Source of the DNA: Phycisphaerae bacterium | GTDB lineage: Bacteria; Planctomycetota; Phycisphaerae; Phycisphaerales; SM1A02 | Assembly: GCA_002722935.1 (NCBI GenBank) | Contig: PBMX01000010.1 | Location: forward strand, 2,169 to 66,168 | Length of the DNA stretch: 64,000 bases | Direction of reading: 5' to 3' | Part shown: positions 1 through 8,607 of the stretch, in pieces | Numbering within the stretch: the first letter of the stretch is position 1 | Layout: each line of letters starts with the position of its first letter | Translations under genes and position numbers: made by a program | The notes under the pieces: model-generated | The model's input: only the letters and a program-made list of their open reading frames with translations | What the model was told of the DNA's origin: nothing | Database searches by the model: none

Positions 1-73
1 TGCTCGATGACGCATCGACCCCACCGGGTTGTCTCTCGATGCGGCCGGGTGACACGACGCACCCCCCTATACT

Positions 74-904
74 GTGACGATGGAAGCGAAGTCGCTCGTA
101 AAGCCGTTGAGGCTTGGAGTCGTGAGATTTCTCAATACCCAGCCCATCATCTCCGGGCTTGAGGTGTGCAACGACATCTCCATGACCGAAGCGGTCCCAA
201 GCAGCCTGATCAACCTGCTCGAAAGTGGAGAGGTCGATGCGGCGCTCTGTTCATCGATCGACTACCAGGTGTCCTCGATGCCGCTGGTCATCCTTCCCGC
301 ACCCTCGCTTGGTTGCCTGGGTGCGACGCGAACCGTCCGCCTCTACTCGAGCAGGCCTTTCGAGGAACTCGAGAAGGTCTGCTGCGATTCCGACAGCCAT
401 ACGTCAGTCGTGCTGCTCCAGGTTCTCCTGCGTGAAGTTCATGGATGCAGGGTGACGGTTCTTCCATTCGATGCGGCTGGTCGGAATGTAGAGTGGCCGG
501 AGGCCGTGATGCTGATCGGTGACAAGGTCGTGTCGGCTTCACCCCCAGCGGAACGCTACCCGTACCAGATGGATCTGGGCGAGGCATGGCATTCATTGAC
601 CGGGTTGCCGTTTCTCTTCGGAATATGGCTTGCAGGTGCCGACCTGGATTCCGACGATGCACGCAGGATCGTCAGTACGCTCGATCGCCAGTACCGCTAC
701 AACCGGATGCATTCCGAGACACTCGTAGGTCGGGAGAGCCGGGCTCGGAACTGGCCGCAGGACATGGCGGAGGACTACCTTTCGTCCGGGATCCGGTACG
801 AGCTGGGTCCATCGCAGCGTGAAGGTCTTGATCGCTTCTACGAACTTGCGGCGGCGCACGGCCTGATCGAGCAGCATCGACCACTTCGATTCGCTGGGGA
901 GTGA
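74..904 (+). CDS. mqnA: chorismate dehydratase MqnA-like (futalosine-pathway menaquinone biosynthesis)
   Basis: 276-aa ORF. N-terminal LRLGVVRFLNTQPIISGL and overall size fit the MqnA/MqnD (VitK2 biosynthesis, binding-protein-like) family. GTG start at 74, alternative ATG at 80. Confidence 0.7.
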   Translation: MTMEAKSLVKPLRLGVVRFLNTQPIISGLEVCNDISMTEAVPSSLINLLESGEVDAALCSSIDYQVSSMPLVILPAPSLGCLGATRTVRLYSSRPFEELEKVCCDSDSHTSVVLLQVLLREVHGCRVTVLPFDAAGRNVEWPEAVMLIGDKVVSASPPAERYPYQMDLGEAWHSLTGLPFLFGIWLAGADLDSDDARRIVSTLDRQYRYNRMHSETLVGRESRARNWPQDMAEDYLSSGIRYELGPSQREGLDRFYELAAAHGLIEQHRPLRFAGE

Positions 905-905
905 C

Positions 906-2492
906 ATGCCACGAACCGCCGCGTTCACGAGCGTCGTCCTGCGGGAACTTCTCCGACAACTTGAATACGCACCGGATGAAACGCACCGTCGACAGATGGA
1001 CGCCGCCGAGCAACTGCTCGATGACATCGAGCCGGAGCGTCTCTACCCCGATGATTTCATCGTCTACCGGATCACGTCCTACCGGATCGATCGACCGGAT
1101 GCATCGACGTCGGTCGTCGGTGATGCCCTGACGAGAGACCTGGTCAATTTCATTCAGCAACTCAGCTGGGATCTCTCCCTCGATCCGGAACAACCCCGTG
1201 GACGTGCGGTCGGCATGGACGAACTGGCTAGAAGACTGGGTGTTTCAAGACGGACGCTTCAACGCTGTCGCAAGGACGGCCTCGTGATGCACTGGGTTCG
1301 TCGCGAAGGAGGCCGACGCGTGCTCTCCTGCTTCCCGGATGCGCTTGACCGGTTTCTCGAGCGACATGGTGAACGACTGGTGCGGGCATCGCGCATGACT
1401 CGGCTGAGCATCGAGGAACAGGAGGCCCTCGTCCGGGGGGCGGGTGAACTGGTGGATCGTGATCCAGGCGCATCTCTCAACGAGATCGCTGCGAGGCTTG
1501 CAGCCGAATCGGGCAGGGGTCATGAAACGATCCGGCGTCTTCTTCGGCGGAACGAGGAGCGCGCCACGACACCGTTGTTCAGCGAACATGGCCCGTTGCG
1601 TGATCGGGACATCGAGATGTCGATCCGGGCGCGTCGAAGGGGGGTTCCTGCGAGACGTATCGCCGACCACTTCGGGAAGAGCCCTGATGCACTGCATCGA
1701 GCGGTGTTCCGTCATCGCCGACGTCGTCTCGCAGCGATTCCGATTGCGTGGTCCTCTCCAGGCGGTGGGGACGAACTTCTCCTGCAGGAGGATGCCGTTC
1801 GATTCGGGCTTCCCCACCCATCCTGTCCCGGAACATCTGGAGCCGGCGAAGGGACTGCGATTGAACCCGGGCTCGATCTTCGAGCATTGAACCTGCTTCA
1901 CGCGAGGGCCGCGCAGGGGCTGGAGGTCATGTCCCCATCGCCGACCGTGGTCGAACTCGACGAGGTCGAGACCGATCTTCGCTGGGCCACGATGCTTCAC
2001 CTGCGTCTGGTCCTCCTGGCATGGGGGCCCGTCGGTCGGATCATCGAGGAGCGATTGCAGCAACCACTTGAAGCCCTGCCCCGGGAGGCCCGCCTGCTCT
2101 ATCGGGACCTCTCGCTTGGAGTCATCAACGACCAGATCGAGCGGAGCGATCCGAACGAGGCTGACGAACTGATGCCTCGCATCGAACGGCGGCTGGATTC
2201 GGTGCTCGACCGTCGGAGCATCGTTCCGACGCCGGGTCGCGCTTCCGTTCGTTCCCGGGACGCGGGCGACGACCTGGAACTCCTGTACAGGTCATGCATC
2301 CCGTGGCCGCACCTGGTTCCCGGCGCGCAGCGACTGGCTTCGCTCGAGGCGATGAATGGTTCCGATGCCGACCTGGTTCGACGGCGGTACGGGCTTGATG
2401 GTTCGGCACCGTCCAGGCTGTCGAGCCTCGCCGAGGCCGGTGGGACCACGATCACGGCCATCGAGCGACGGCTTGGACCGTTCACCTGGTAG
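906..2492 (+). CDS. multi-HTH DNA-binding protein of unknown function (several sigma-70 region-4 / MerR-like helix-turn-helix segments)
   Basis: 528-aa ORF starting 2 nt after the mqnA stop. HTH-like segments: MDELARRLGVSRRTLQRCRKDGL, SLNEIAARLAAESGRGHETIRRLLRR, VPARRIADHFGKSPDALHRAV, and C-terminal LVRRRYGLDGSAPSRLSSLAEAGGTTITAIERRL. No sigma region-2 motif recognised. Confidence 0.6.
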   Translation: MPRTAAFTSVVLRELLRQLEYAPDETHRRQMDAAEQLLDDIEPERLYPDDFIVYRITSYRIDRPDASTSVVGDALTRDLVNFIQQLSWDLSLDPEQPRGRAVGMDELARRLGVSRRTLQRCRKDGLVMHWVRREGGRRVLSCFPDALDRFLERHGERLVRASRMTRLSIEEQEALVRGAGELVDRDPGASLNEIAARLAAESGRGHETIRRLLRRNEERATTPLFSEHGPLRDRDIEMSIRARRRGVPARRIADHFGKSPDALHRAVFRHRRRRLAAIPIAWSSPGGGDELLLQEDAVRFGLPHPSCPGTSGAGEGTAIEPGLDLRALNLLHARAAQGLEVMSPSPTVVELDEVETDLRWATMLHLRLVLLAWGPVGRIIEERLQQPLEALPREARLLYRDLSLGVINDQIERSDPNEADELMPRIERRLDSVLDRRSIVPTPGRASVRSRDAGDDLELLYRSCIPWPHLVPGAQRLASLEAMNGSDADLVRRRYGLDGSAPSRLSSLAEAGGTTITAIERRLGPFTW

Positions 2493-2513
2493 TCATTGGA
2501 TTCCCGGAAGGGA

Positions 2514-3167
2514 TCAACGCTTCGAGAACTGGAACTTCTTGCGGGCGCCGGGCTGTCCAGGCTTCTTCCGCTCGACCTTCCGCGGGTCACGGGTGAGGAA
2601 CCCGTTTTCACGCAAGGTCGATTCGAGGGAGATGTCGTAGTTTCGAAGTGCACGACCAAGACCGAGGATGATGGCACCGGCCTGGCCGGTGTAGCCGCCT
2701 CCGTTGACCTTGGCGTGGATGTCGACCGAGCCGACCATGCTGGTCTTCTCGAGGACCGCGACGAGGTTCTTGCGATCTCGCTCTTCGTTGAAGAATGATT
2801 CCATAGGTCGCTGGTTGACCATGAAGGTGCCTTCACCCGGCTTGATGCGGACCCTGGCGACGGCGGCCTTTCGACGGCCGGTTCCACGCCACCATCCGTG
2901 GGCATCGGCGGGAAGTGATTTCTTCTCCATCATCGAAGCATCGGGTACGGCGGGTGCAGGTTCTTCCACTGGAGCAGCCGCTTCGGCAACGGGTTCAACT
3001 GCAGGAGCCGCTTCGGCAACGGGAGCCGCGTCATCGGTCTTCTCGGGAGTGGATTCCGAGACGGTCTCCGGTGCAGCGTCCGTCGTTTCTTCCGGTGCAG
3101 CATCGGTGGTTTCCGGTGCAGCGTCCGTCGTTTCTTCCGGTGCGGGATTCGTTGCTTCTTCGCTCAT
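2514..3167 (-). CDS. rpsI: 30S ribosomal protein S9 with about 78-aa acidic Pro/Ala/Glu/Thr-rich N-terminal extension
   Basis: The C-terminal 138 aa are canonical S9 (GTGRRKAAVARVRIKPG ... RKVERKKPGQPGARKKFQFSKR). The ORF stays open upstream to the ATG at 3167, 34 nt after the rplM stop. An alternative internal start (MMEKK, 2933) would give a standard-length S9. Confidence 0.9.
   Translation of the reverse strand: MSEEATNPAPEETTDAAPETTDAAPEETTDAAPETVSESTPEKTDDAAPVAEAAPAVEPVAEAAAPVEEPAPAVPDASMMEKKSLPADAHGWWRGTGRRKAAVARVRIKPGEGTFMVNQRPMESFFNEERDRKNLVAVLEKTSMVGSVDIHAKVNGGGYTGQAGAIILGLGRALRNYDISLESTLRENGFLTRDPRKVERKKPGQPGARKKFQFSKR
2976..3136 (-). repeat. in-frame coding tandem repeats inside the S9 N-terminal extension
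   Basis: An 18-nt unit AGCCGCTTCGGCAACGGG occurs at 2976-2993 and 3006-3023. A 24-nt unit CCGGTGCAGCGTCCGTCGTTTCTT occurs at 3068-3091 and 3113-3136, with a 21-nt variant between them. Together they encode PEETTDAA / AEAAPAVEPV repeats. Confidence 0.85.
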
Positions 3168-3201
3168 GGGTACCTGTTGCAGTCTTCCTGGATCGTTTCC
3201 G

Positions 3202-3636
3202 TCAGATGGCCAGTTCGTTCATGTCCTTGACACCCAGGTCATGTTTGGGGCCGGCGTAGACCTTCAGTTTCTTCATCATCGCCCGGCCGAGCCTCGACTT
3301 GGGCAGCATTCGGCGGACCGAGTTCTCGATCACCCGCTCCGGGTGCTTCTCAAGGAGATCATTGATGCTCCTCGATTTCAATCCGCCGGGATATCCGCTG
3401 TAGCTCAGGTGCATCCGCTGCTCACCCTTGCGACCGGTCAGGACGACCTTGGAGGCATTGGTGATGACGACGAAATCACCCGTGTCGACGTGCGGGGTAT
3501 AGGAGGGCTGGTGCTTCCCCATGAGAATGGGTGCGATCTTCGCAGCAATGCGACCCAGGACCTGCCCATCGGCATCGATGTGATGCCACGAGCGGGAGAC
3601 TTCGCCTGGTTTCATGAAGGTGGTCTGCCGGGGCAT
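3202..3636 (-). CDS. rplM: 50S ribosomal protein L13
   Basis: WHHIDADGQVLGRIAAKIAPILMGKHQPSYTPHVDTGDFVVITNA is canonical L13. Start placed at the internal ATG (MPRQTTFMKPGE), giving normal length. Lies upstream of rpsI as in the conserved operon. Confidence 0.9.
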   Translation of the reverse strand: MPRQTTFMKPGEVSRSWHHIDADGQVLGRIAAKIAPILMGKHQPSYTPHVDTGDFVVITNASKVVLTGRKGEQRMHLSYSGYPGGLKSRSINDLLEKHPERVIENSVRRMLPKSRLGRAMMKKLKVYAGPKHDLGVKDMNELAI

Positions 3637-3837
3637 GATGCACCTTGTCCTTCCTGCTTCTTGAAGCGGATCGCCGCTCACCTGTTCCACGCATGGACAC
3701 CAAGTCCATGTAGGAGCGCCTCATGGCTTGCGACCACGAGGCGAAAGAGCGAGGATACCTGCAAGTATGATTCTGTCAAGATCAGGAGGCCTCCTGGGGC
3801 CATTCCCGGGCTCCCAGGGGGGTTTTCAGGCACGTTC

Positions 3838-5283
3838 ATGAACTCGAAACTCGACCCTCCATCCAGACTTGAAGCACCCGTGATCCATCGCTCCTATCCA
3901 TCCATAGCCTGGGGGGTCATTCTTCTCCTGTCCCTTGGGGTGGTCGCCATGCATCTCCTCGAGGCTTCCAGCAGTGCAGGGGCCAAGAACGAGGTCGCCG
4001 AGCAGCACCTCCTCGAGGAGGTGGAAGGCCAGTACGCCCTTGGGATCGAACTCGTTACGGGCGACGCCGCTCTTGCTGGAGCCGCCCTGCGGGGGTTTGA
4101 CATCGGGAGCATGGGCAGGCGCCTGCGTGGCGTGGTCCTCCGGGGTCGACTGCAGGGCAGCGAGGCGGCTCGCGAGTTGCTGCTTCGCATCGAGGTCCAG
4201 GCCGAGGAAGCCGGGTACACCCTGAGCGAGACGGAGCAGGAGACCTACGAACTCCTGTTGCGCCGGTATGCCGAGGATGCGGACGACTCGACCGTGCTCG
4301 GCGAAGATGAGCGTGCGTACCTCGTAGAACACCTGGGATGGTTCGGTCGACTGGCGGTGCTGACCGGGCATGATCCGGAGGAGAAGTCGGCGGTCGATGG
4401 TCCGGCGATTCGAACCTGCATCGCGATCTTCGCCGCCGTCGCCGGCTTCGGTGGAGGATTCTTCATCGGGCTGGTTCTCCTGATCATCCTGATCGTCTTC
4501 GCTTCGATGGGTCGTCTCCATCATGGCCTTGGTTCCCCGGGGCCCGGCGATGGACTTCTCGCGGAAGCCTTCGCCGTCTGGATGATCCTGTTCCTCGTGC
4601 TCCAACTCCTGATAGGTGTCCTGCTCGTGCTGGTTCCCTCGCTGGAACCACACGGTCTTGCGCTCGTGGGAGGCATCCAACTCCTCACCCTCGCTTCGGC
4701 GGCCTGGCCTGTCGTCCGGAGGATGCGCTGGTCCCGTGTTCGCACCGCGATCGGGCTGACGAGAGGCACGGGACTCTGGAAGGAACTCGGCTGGGGGTTC
4801 TGCGGCTGGATGATGATGTTGCCGCTGCTTGCAGTCGGGATCGTGACCATGCTGATCCTCATGGCCCTCACCGGCCCGGGGCAGACCGGAACAGGGTTTG
4901 ATCCAACATCGCAACCGGTGCATCCGATCCTGCTCTCCATCGCGGATTCGAATGCATGGATGATCATCCAGGTCTATTTCGTCGCCGTCATCGTGGCGCC
5001 GATCGTCGAGGAAATCGTCTTCCGCGGCATGCTCTATCGCCAACTCCGTTCCGCAACGGCCATGCTGCGGGTTGGGTGGAGTGTCGCCCTGAGTACGCTG
5101 ATCGTCTCGGTGATCTTCGCGGCCATTCACCCGCAGGGACTGGTCGCCATACCTGCCCTCGCGTCACTGGCCATCGGCATGACCCTCATGCGTGAATGGC
5201 GAGGATCCCTCTTGGGATCGATGACGATGCATGCCTGCAACAACGGGATCATGATCACGATGATGGTTCTGCTCTTTAGCTGA
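3838..5283 (+). CDS. CPBP-family (CAAX-type) intramembrane metalloprotease, polytopic
   Basis: C-terminal motifs EEIVFRG, FAAIHP and HACNNG, plus multiple hydrophobic spans. Start placed at MNSKL (3838); the upstream part of the 859-aa ORF is antisense to rpsI/rplM. Confidence 0.75.
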   Translation: MNSKLDPPSRLEAPVIHRSYPSIAWGVILLLSLGVVAMHLLEASSSAGAKNEVAEQHLLEEVEGQYALGIELVTGDAALAGAALRGFDIGSMGRRLRGVVLRGRLQGSEAARELLLRIEVQAEEAGYTLSETEQETYELLLRRYAEDADDSTVLGEDERAYLVEHLGWFGRLAVLTGHDPEEKSAVDGPAIRTCIAIFAAVAGFGGGFFIGLVLLIILIVFASMGRLHHGLGSPGPGDGLLAEAFAVWMILFLVLQLLIGVLLVLVPSLEPHGLALVGGIQLLTLASAAWPVVRRMRWSRVRTAIGLTRGTGLWKELGWGFCGWMMMLPLLAVGIVTMLILMALTGPGQTGTGFDPTSQPVHPILLSIADSNAWMIIQVYFVAVIVAPIVEEIVFRGMLYRQLRSATAMLRVGWSVALSTLIVSVIFAAIHPQGLVAIPALASLAIGMTLMREWRGSLLGSMTMHACNNGIMITMMVLLFS

Positions 5284-6370
5284 TCGTCAGCGTCGGTCTC
5301 GACCCCTCGTCGAGTTCCGTCGCGATGGACACCTGTCGCGCAAGTTCACTGCACGTACTCAGGAGTGTCTCGGTCAACTCGTCCTCGATCTGGAAATTCA
5401 GGAGAGGCGTTCCATCGTCGGCGTGTTCCCGCATCTTGATGTGTATGGGAATGGCGCCCAGGAAGGGGATCTGCATGGCCTCGGCCATCTTCTCGGTTCC
5501 ACCTCGACCAAAGAGGTCGTACTCGACGCCGTCATTGCCGACGAACCAGCTCATGTTCTCGACCGTCCCGAGTACGCGGACATCGAGTTGCTGGAACATC
5601 CTGACGGCACGTCGCGCGTCTTCAAGTGCAACACGTTGCGGCGTGCAGACGACGACCGATCCTGTCAGGGGAAGCAACTGGGCCAGTGAAAGGGGAACAT
5701 CGCCGGTACCCGGAGGCAGGTCGATGATGAGGTAGTCCAGTTCTCCCCAGTTGGTCTGGAGCACGAGTTGCGAGAAGGCCTTGTGCGCCATCGGGCCGCG
5801 CCAGATCATCGCCTTCTCCGGATCCACGAGCTTGGCGATGCTCATGCACTTGAGCCCGTCGACTTCGAAGGGATCGAGGATGTCTCCTCGAGCGGTCGGC
5901 TGCATGTCGTCAAGACCGAGCATGGTTGCCAGGGATGGTCCGTAGATGTCGCCGTCGAGAAGCCCGACACTGGCCCCGAGCTTCGTCAGCCCGGTCGCAA
6001 GGACGGTCGAGACGGTCGACTTGCCGACCCCACCCTTGCCTGCCCCGACGGCAATGACATGCTTGACGCCGGGGAGGGGACTCGGTTGATCGGTATTGGC
6101 AGCGGCTCGCACACGGGCGCTGAACTCGACATGGATTTCGGGAGCGGCATCACCGACGTTTGTCGCTTCGCGGAGAACGGCCGTCTCGATGTCCGCCTGG
6201 ATCCTGTCCTTCATGGGGCAGGCGGGTGTCGTCAACTCGATGCCCACCGTGATCGCATTTCCATCGATGTCGATCTTCTTGACCATGCCAAGGGTCACAA
6301 GGTCCTTTCCAAGGTCGGGATCGAGGACGGTCGTCAGGGCGGATGTCACGTGATCTTGCGTCAGGGGCAT
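5276..6370 (-). CDS. apbC: Mrp/NBP35/ApbC-family Fe-S cluster carrier ATPase with N-terminal DUF59-like domain
   Basis: Deviant Walker A GKGGVGKSTVS, DLPPGTGD, and an N-terminal VTSALTTVLDPDLGKDLVTLGMV segment. Confidence 0.9.
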   Translation of the reverse strand: MPLTQDHVTSALTTVLDPDLGKDLVTLGMVKKIDIDGNAITVGIELTTPACPMKDRIQADIETAVLREATNVGDAAPEIHVEFSARVRAAANTDQPSPLPGVKHVIAVGAGKGGVGKSTVSTVLATGLTKLGASVGLLDGDIYGPSLATMLGLDDMQPTARGDILDPFEVDGLKCMSIAKLVDPEKAMIWRGPMAHKAFSQLVLQTNWGELDYLIIDLPPGTGDVPLSLAQLLPLTGSVVVCTPQRVALEDARRAVRMFQQLDVRVLGTVENMSWFVGNDGVEYDLFGRGGTEKMAEAMQIPFLGAIPIHIKMREHADDGTPLLNFQIEDELTETLLSTCSELARQVSIATELDEGSRPTLTIS

Positions 6371-6485
6371 GAGGAATCGCCTTCAAGGGGCATTCAGGGG
6401 GTCATGGGGATGGTTTCGACGATGGAAACGTAGAATCATACCAGTCGAAGTACTCACTGGATCACGAATCGAGGTATTGGAAACG

Positions 6486-7574
6486 ATGAACGCCCAAGAC
6501 ATCCTGAAGAACACGTGCCTGCTTGCAGGACTGGTTTCAATCGCCTTGATTTCTCCCACCATGGCCGACGAGGAGGAGCCATTCGACCCGACCTCCCCTG
6601 AGCAGGTCGCCGAACGTGAAGAAGAGAAGGAGGGGGGCAAGGAACCCGAGGAAGGTTTTCTCTCCGGCCCGACGGTCGATCCCTCGAACACCGTGGGTGA
6701 GCGAAACGGCGGCATGTCCGGTGGAAATCGGCAGGGGGGGATGCAGCAGATGGATGTCTTCAGCATCTTCAGCGCCAAGTGCCAGAAGTGCCATGGTCCC
6801 GATTCACAGAAGGGCGGCGTCCAGGTGATGCCCCTCGAGATGGTCTTCAGCGGCTCGGAGAAGCACTGGGTCGTCAAGAAGGGTGATCCGGACAACAGTG
6901 AACTGATCAAGCGGATCAAGTTGGACGCGGGGCATGACGACATCATGCCGCCGGAGGGTGGCCCGCTGTCCGACGCGGAAATCGAGGTCATCGTGGAATG
7001 GGTCAGGTCCGGTGCACCCACCGACGTGCGCCCTTCGCAGGCAAGACAGGCGCGCATCCAGCCTCGACAGTGGGCTCAGGCCTACATGCAACTTGAACTG
7101 GATCAGGAACAGCGAACCGAGGCTGAAACCCTGATGAAGACATACCAGGATCTCAACGGCGAGTTCGACCGTGAGCACCGGGCCCGCATTCGCGAGTTGC
7201 AGCAGAAGATCCGTGAAACCCGTAATACGAATGACACTATTTCAAATGCAGCCAACAAGATGGAACTTGAGCGTCTCCAGGAGGAGCGCCCGAAGTTTGA
7301 ATCCGTCCAGGAGACGCTTTGGAACCTGTTGTCACCCGAGCAGCAGGAACAGATGCGCCTGGCCCTCGAGTCAATGGCATCACGCGGCCAGCAGGGCATG
7401 AACTCCGAACGCCGTCGAGGTCGGAGGCCGGGTGGTCGAAACAGCGGGGGGGAGGAGCTCAGCGAGGAAGAGCGTGAGCGCATCCGTGAACGCATGAAGC
7501 GACGCCGAAATGGTCAGGGATCTCCGCCTCGATCGCCCGAACCCGGCCGGGATGGTGATCCCGGGGAAGATTGA
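6486..7574 (+). CDS. secreted Planctomycete-cytochrome-c (PSCyt1-like) domain protein with charged coiled-coil / LTXXQ-like C-terminal half
   Basis: Signal peptide MNAQDILKNTCLLAGLVSIALISPTMA. Haem-binding-type CQKCHGPDSQKGG followed by DIMPPEGGPL. The C-terminal half is Glu/Arg/Gln-rich (LSPEQQEQMRLAL). Confidence 0.6.
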   Translation: MNAQDILKNTCLLAGLVSIALISPTMADEEEPFDPTSPEQVAEREEEKEGGKEPEEGFLSGPTVDPSNTVGERNGGMSGGNRQGGMQQMDVFSIFSAKCQKCHGPDSQKGGVQVMPLEMVFSGSEKHWVVKKGDPDNSELIKRIKLDAGHDDIMPPEGGPLSDAEIEVIVEWVRSGAPTDVRPSQARQARIQPRQWAQAYMQLELDQEQRTEAETLMKTYQDLNGEFDREHRARIRELQQKIRETRNTNDTISNAANKMELERLQEERPKFESVQETLWNLLSPEQQEQMRLALESMASRGQQGMNSERRRGRRPGGRNSGGEELSEEERERIRERMKRRRNGQGSPPRSPEPGRDGDPGED

Positions 7575-8461
7575 GCAGGAGTTCCCGGCTCCAGGTGAGA
7601 GGCGAGGGCATGGAGTTTCGCGAACGCATCGGCGTGCAGTCGATCAAGTGACGCCCAGTCCTCCTCGTTGCTCCAGATGTACGGATCCCAGAGAGCGATG
7701 CCGTCGGCACGGTGGATGGTTCCATCGGGCGCCGTCCACGTCGCTTGGAGTACTGCGTTTGCATTGGCAAGAAGTTCATCGATGGGCATGAACTTCGTCC
7801 GGTCTCCATCCTGTCCGCAGTAACGCATGCTCAGGTAGACGATGACAGGCTTCCTTCCACGGACCGCTTCAAGAACACGCTGGATGTGGAGTTTGAAATC
7901 GCTGCTGTTCTCCCCGGGCGTGCAGTCATAGGCCGACGGATAGAGCACGCCGCTTCGCGCGATGAGGGGTTCGATCGACAGGCCCTGTTCCTTCCATCCC
8001 TTCGAGACGTTGCGCATGGTCGGCAGGCCCCAGTAGCCCCACTGCAGACCCGGCCTCGCTTCCTGGGCCTCGGCGAGGGCGTCGATGTAGACGGCCATGA
8101 TTTCCTGGAGGCGCTCCGGGTCGAGTTCCCTTGCATTGAGTTCGATCCACCAGGGCTGTTCGTAGTCCATCATGGCCGGCCCGGTGGCATTCAGTGGAAG
8201 GGTTGCATCGACCCACTTCCTGAACTGTCGTCGATCGGTCTCCGTGATCGTTCCATCCTGGTTCCAGTCGACGCCACCGTGGTAGGCGGCGGGAATGGTC
8301 GGGATCCCGAGCCGTTCAATCGTCTTTTTCGTGGCTTCTCCCTGGCCATCGGCCGAGTACTTGATGGCGTCATAGACCATCGGCTTGGATACCACGGGTA
8401 CCGGCACAGGCACTGGTGCCCACGAAAGGATCGGCAGGAGGAAGGGGATCAGGAGCCTCAT
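7514..8461 (-). CDS. secreted GH56-like (hyaluronidase-family) TIM-barrel glycosidase candidate with EF-hand-like loop
   Basis: Signal peptide MRLLIPFLLPILSWAP. Collinear motifs MMDYEQPWW, RPGLQWGYWGLP, GVLYPSAYD, PVIVYLSMRY and ADGIALWD resemble GH56 motifs recalled from bee-venom and human hyaluronidases. Also carries a DWNQDGTITETD Ca-loop-like motif. Confidence 0.55.
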   Translation of the reverse strand: MRLLIPFLLPILSWAPVPVPVPVVSKPMVYDAIKYSADGQGEATKKTIERLGIPTIPAAYHGGVDWNQDGTITETDRRQFRKWVDATLPLNATGPAMMDYEQPWWIELNARELDPERLQEIMAVYIDALAEAQEARPGLQWGYWGLPTMRNVSKGWKEQGLSIEPLIARSGVLYPSAYDCTPGENSSDFKLHIQRVLEAVRGRKPVIVYLSMRYCGQDGDRTKFMPIDELLANANAVLQATWTAPDGTIHRADGIALWDPYIWSNEEDWASLDRLHADAFAKLHALASHLEPGTPAQSSPGSPSRPGSGDRGGDP

Positions 8462-8607
8462 GAGTGCCTATCCTACGCTTGGAAATGACGAGGGCCGAGA
8501 TTGGCTTGAAGTCACCCCCCGGGGATCACCGAAAATCAGGGTGAGCAGGGGCCCAGGACACACCTGCAACCGGGCAGGAGACGCCGGGGAGGGCACGCGG
8601 AGCATCC

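Noticed and set aside
49-80. GTGACA … TATACT promoter-like pair that would make mqnA leaderless from ATG 80.
   Set aside because: The spacer between the two hexamers is only 13 nt, well below the functional 16-18 nt range. The window edge prevents inspection of further upstream sequence.
2976-3136. Tandem direct repeats that might suggest a CRISPR-like or VNTR non-coding array.
   Set aside because: The units are contiguous with no unique spacers, are multiples of 3 nt, and lie in frame within the rpsI ORF. They are therefore coding low-complexity repeats, not a CRISPR array. No cas genes are present.
2704-3837. N-terminal roughly 378 codons of the 859-aa forward ORF (2704-5283).
   Set aside because: This part runs antisense through the well-supported rpsI and rplM genes and translates to low-complexity Ala/Ser/Gly sequence. 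Only the portion from MNSKL (3838) has membrane-protein and CPBP motifs. Long antisense ORFs are expected in GC-rich DNA.
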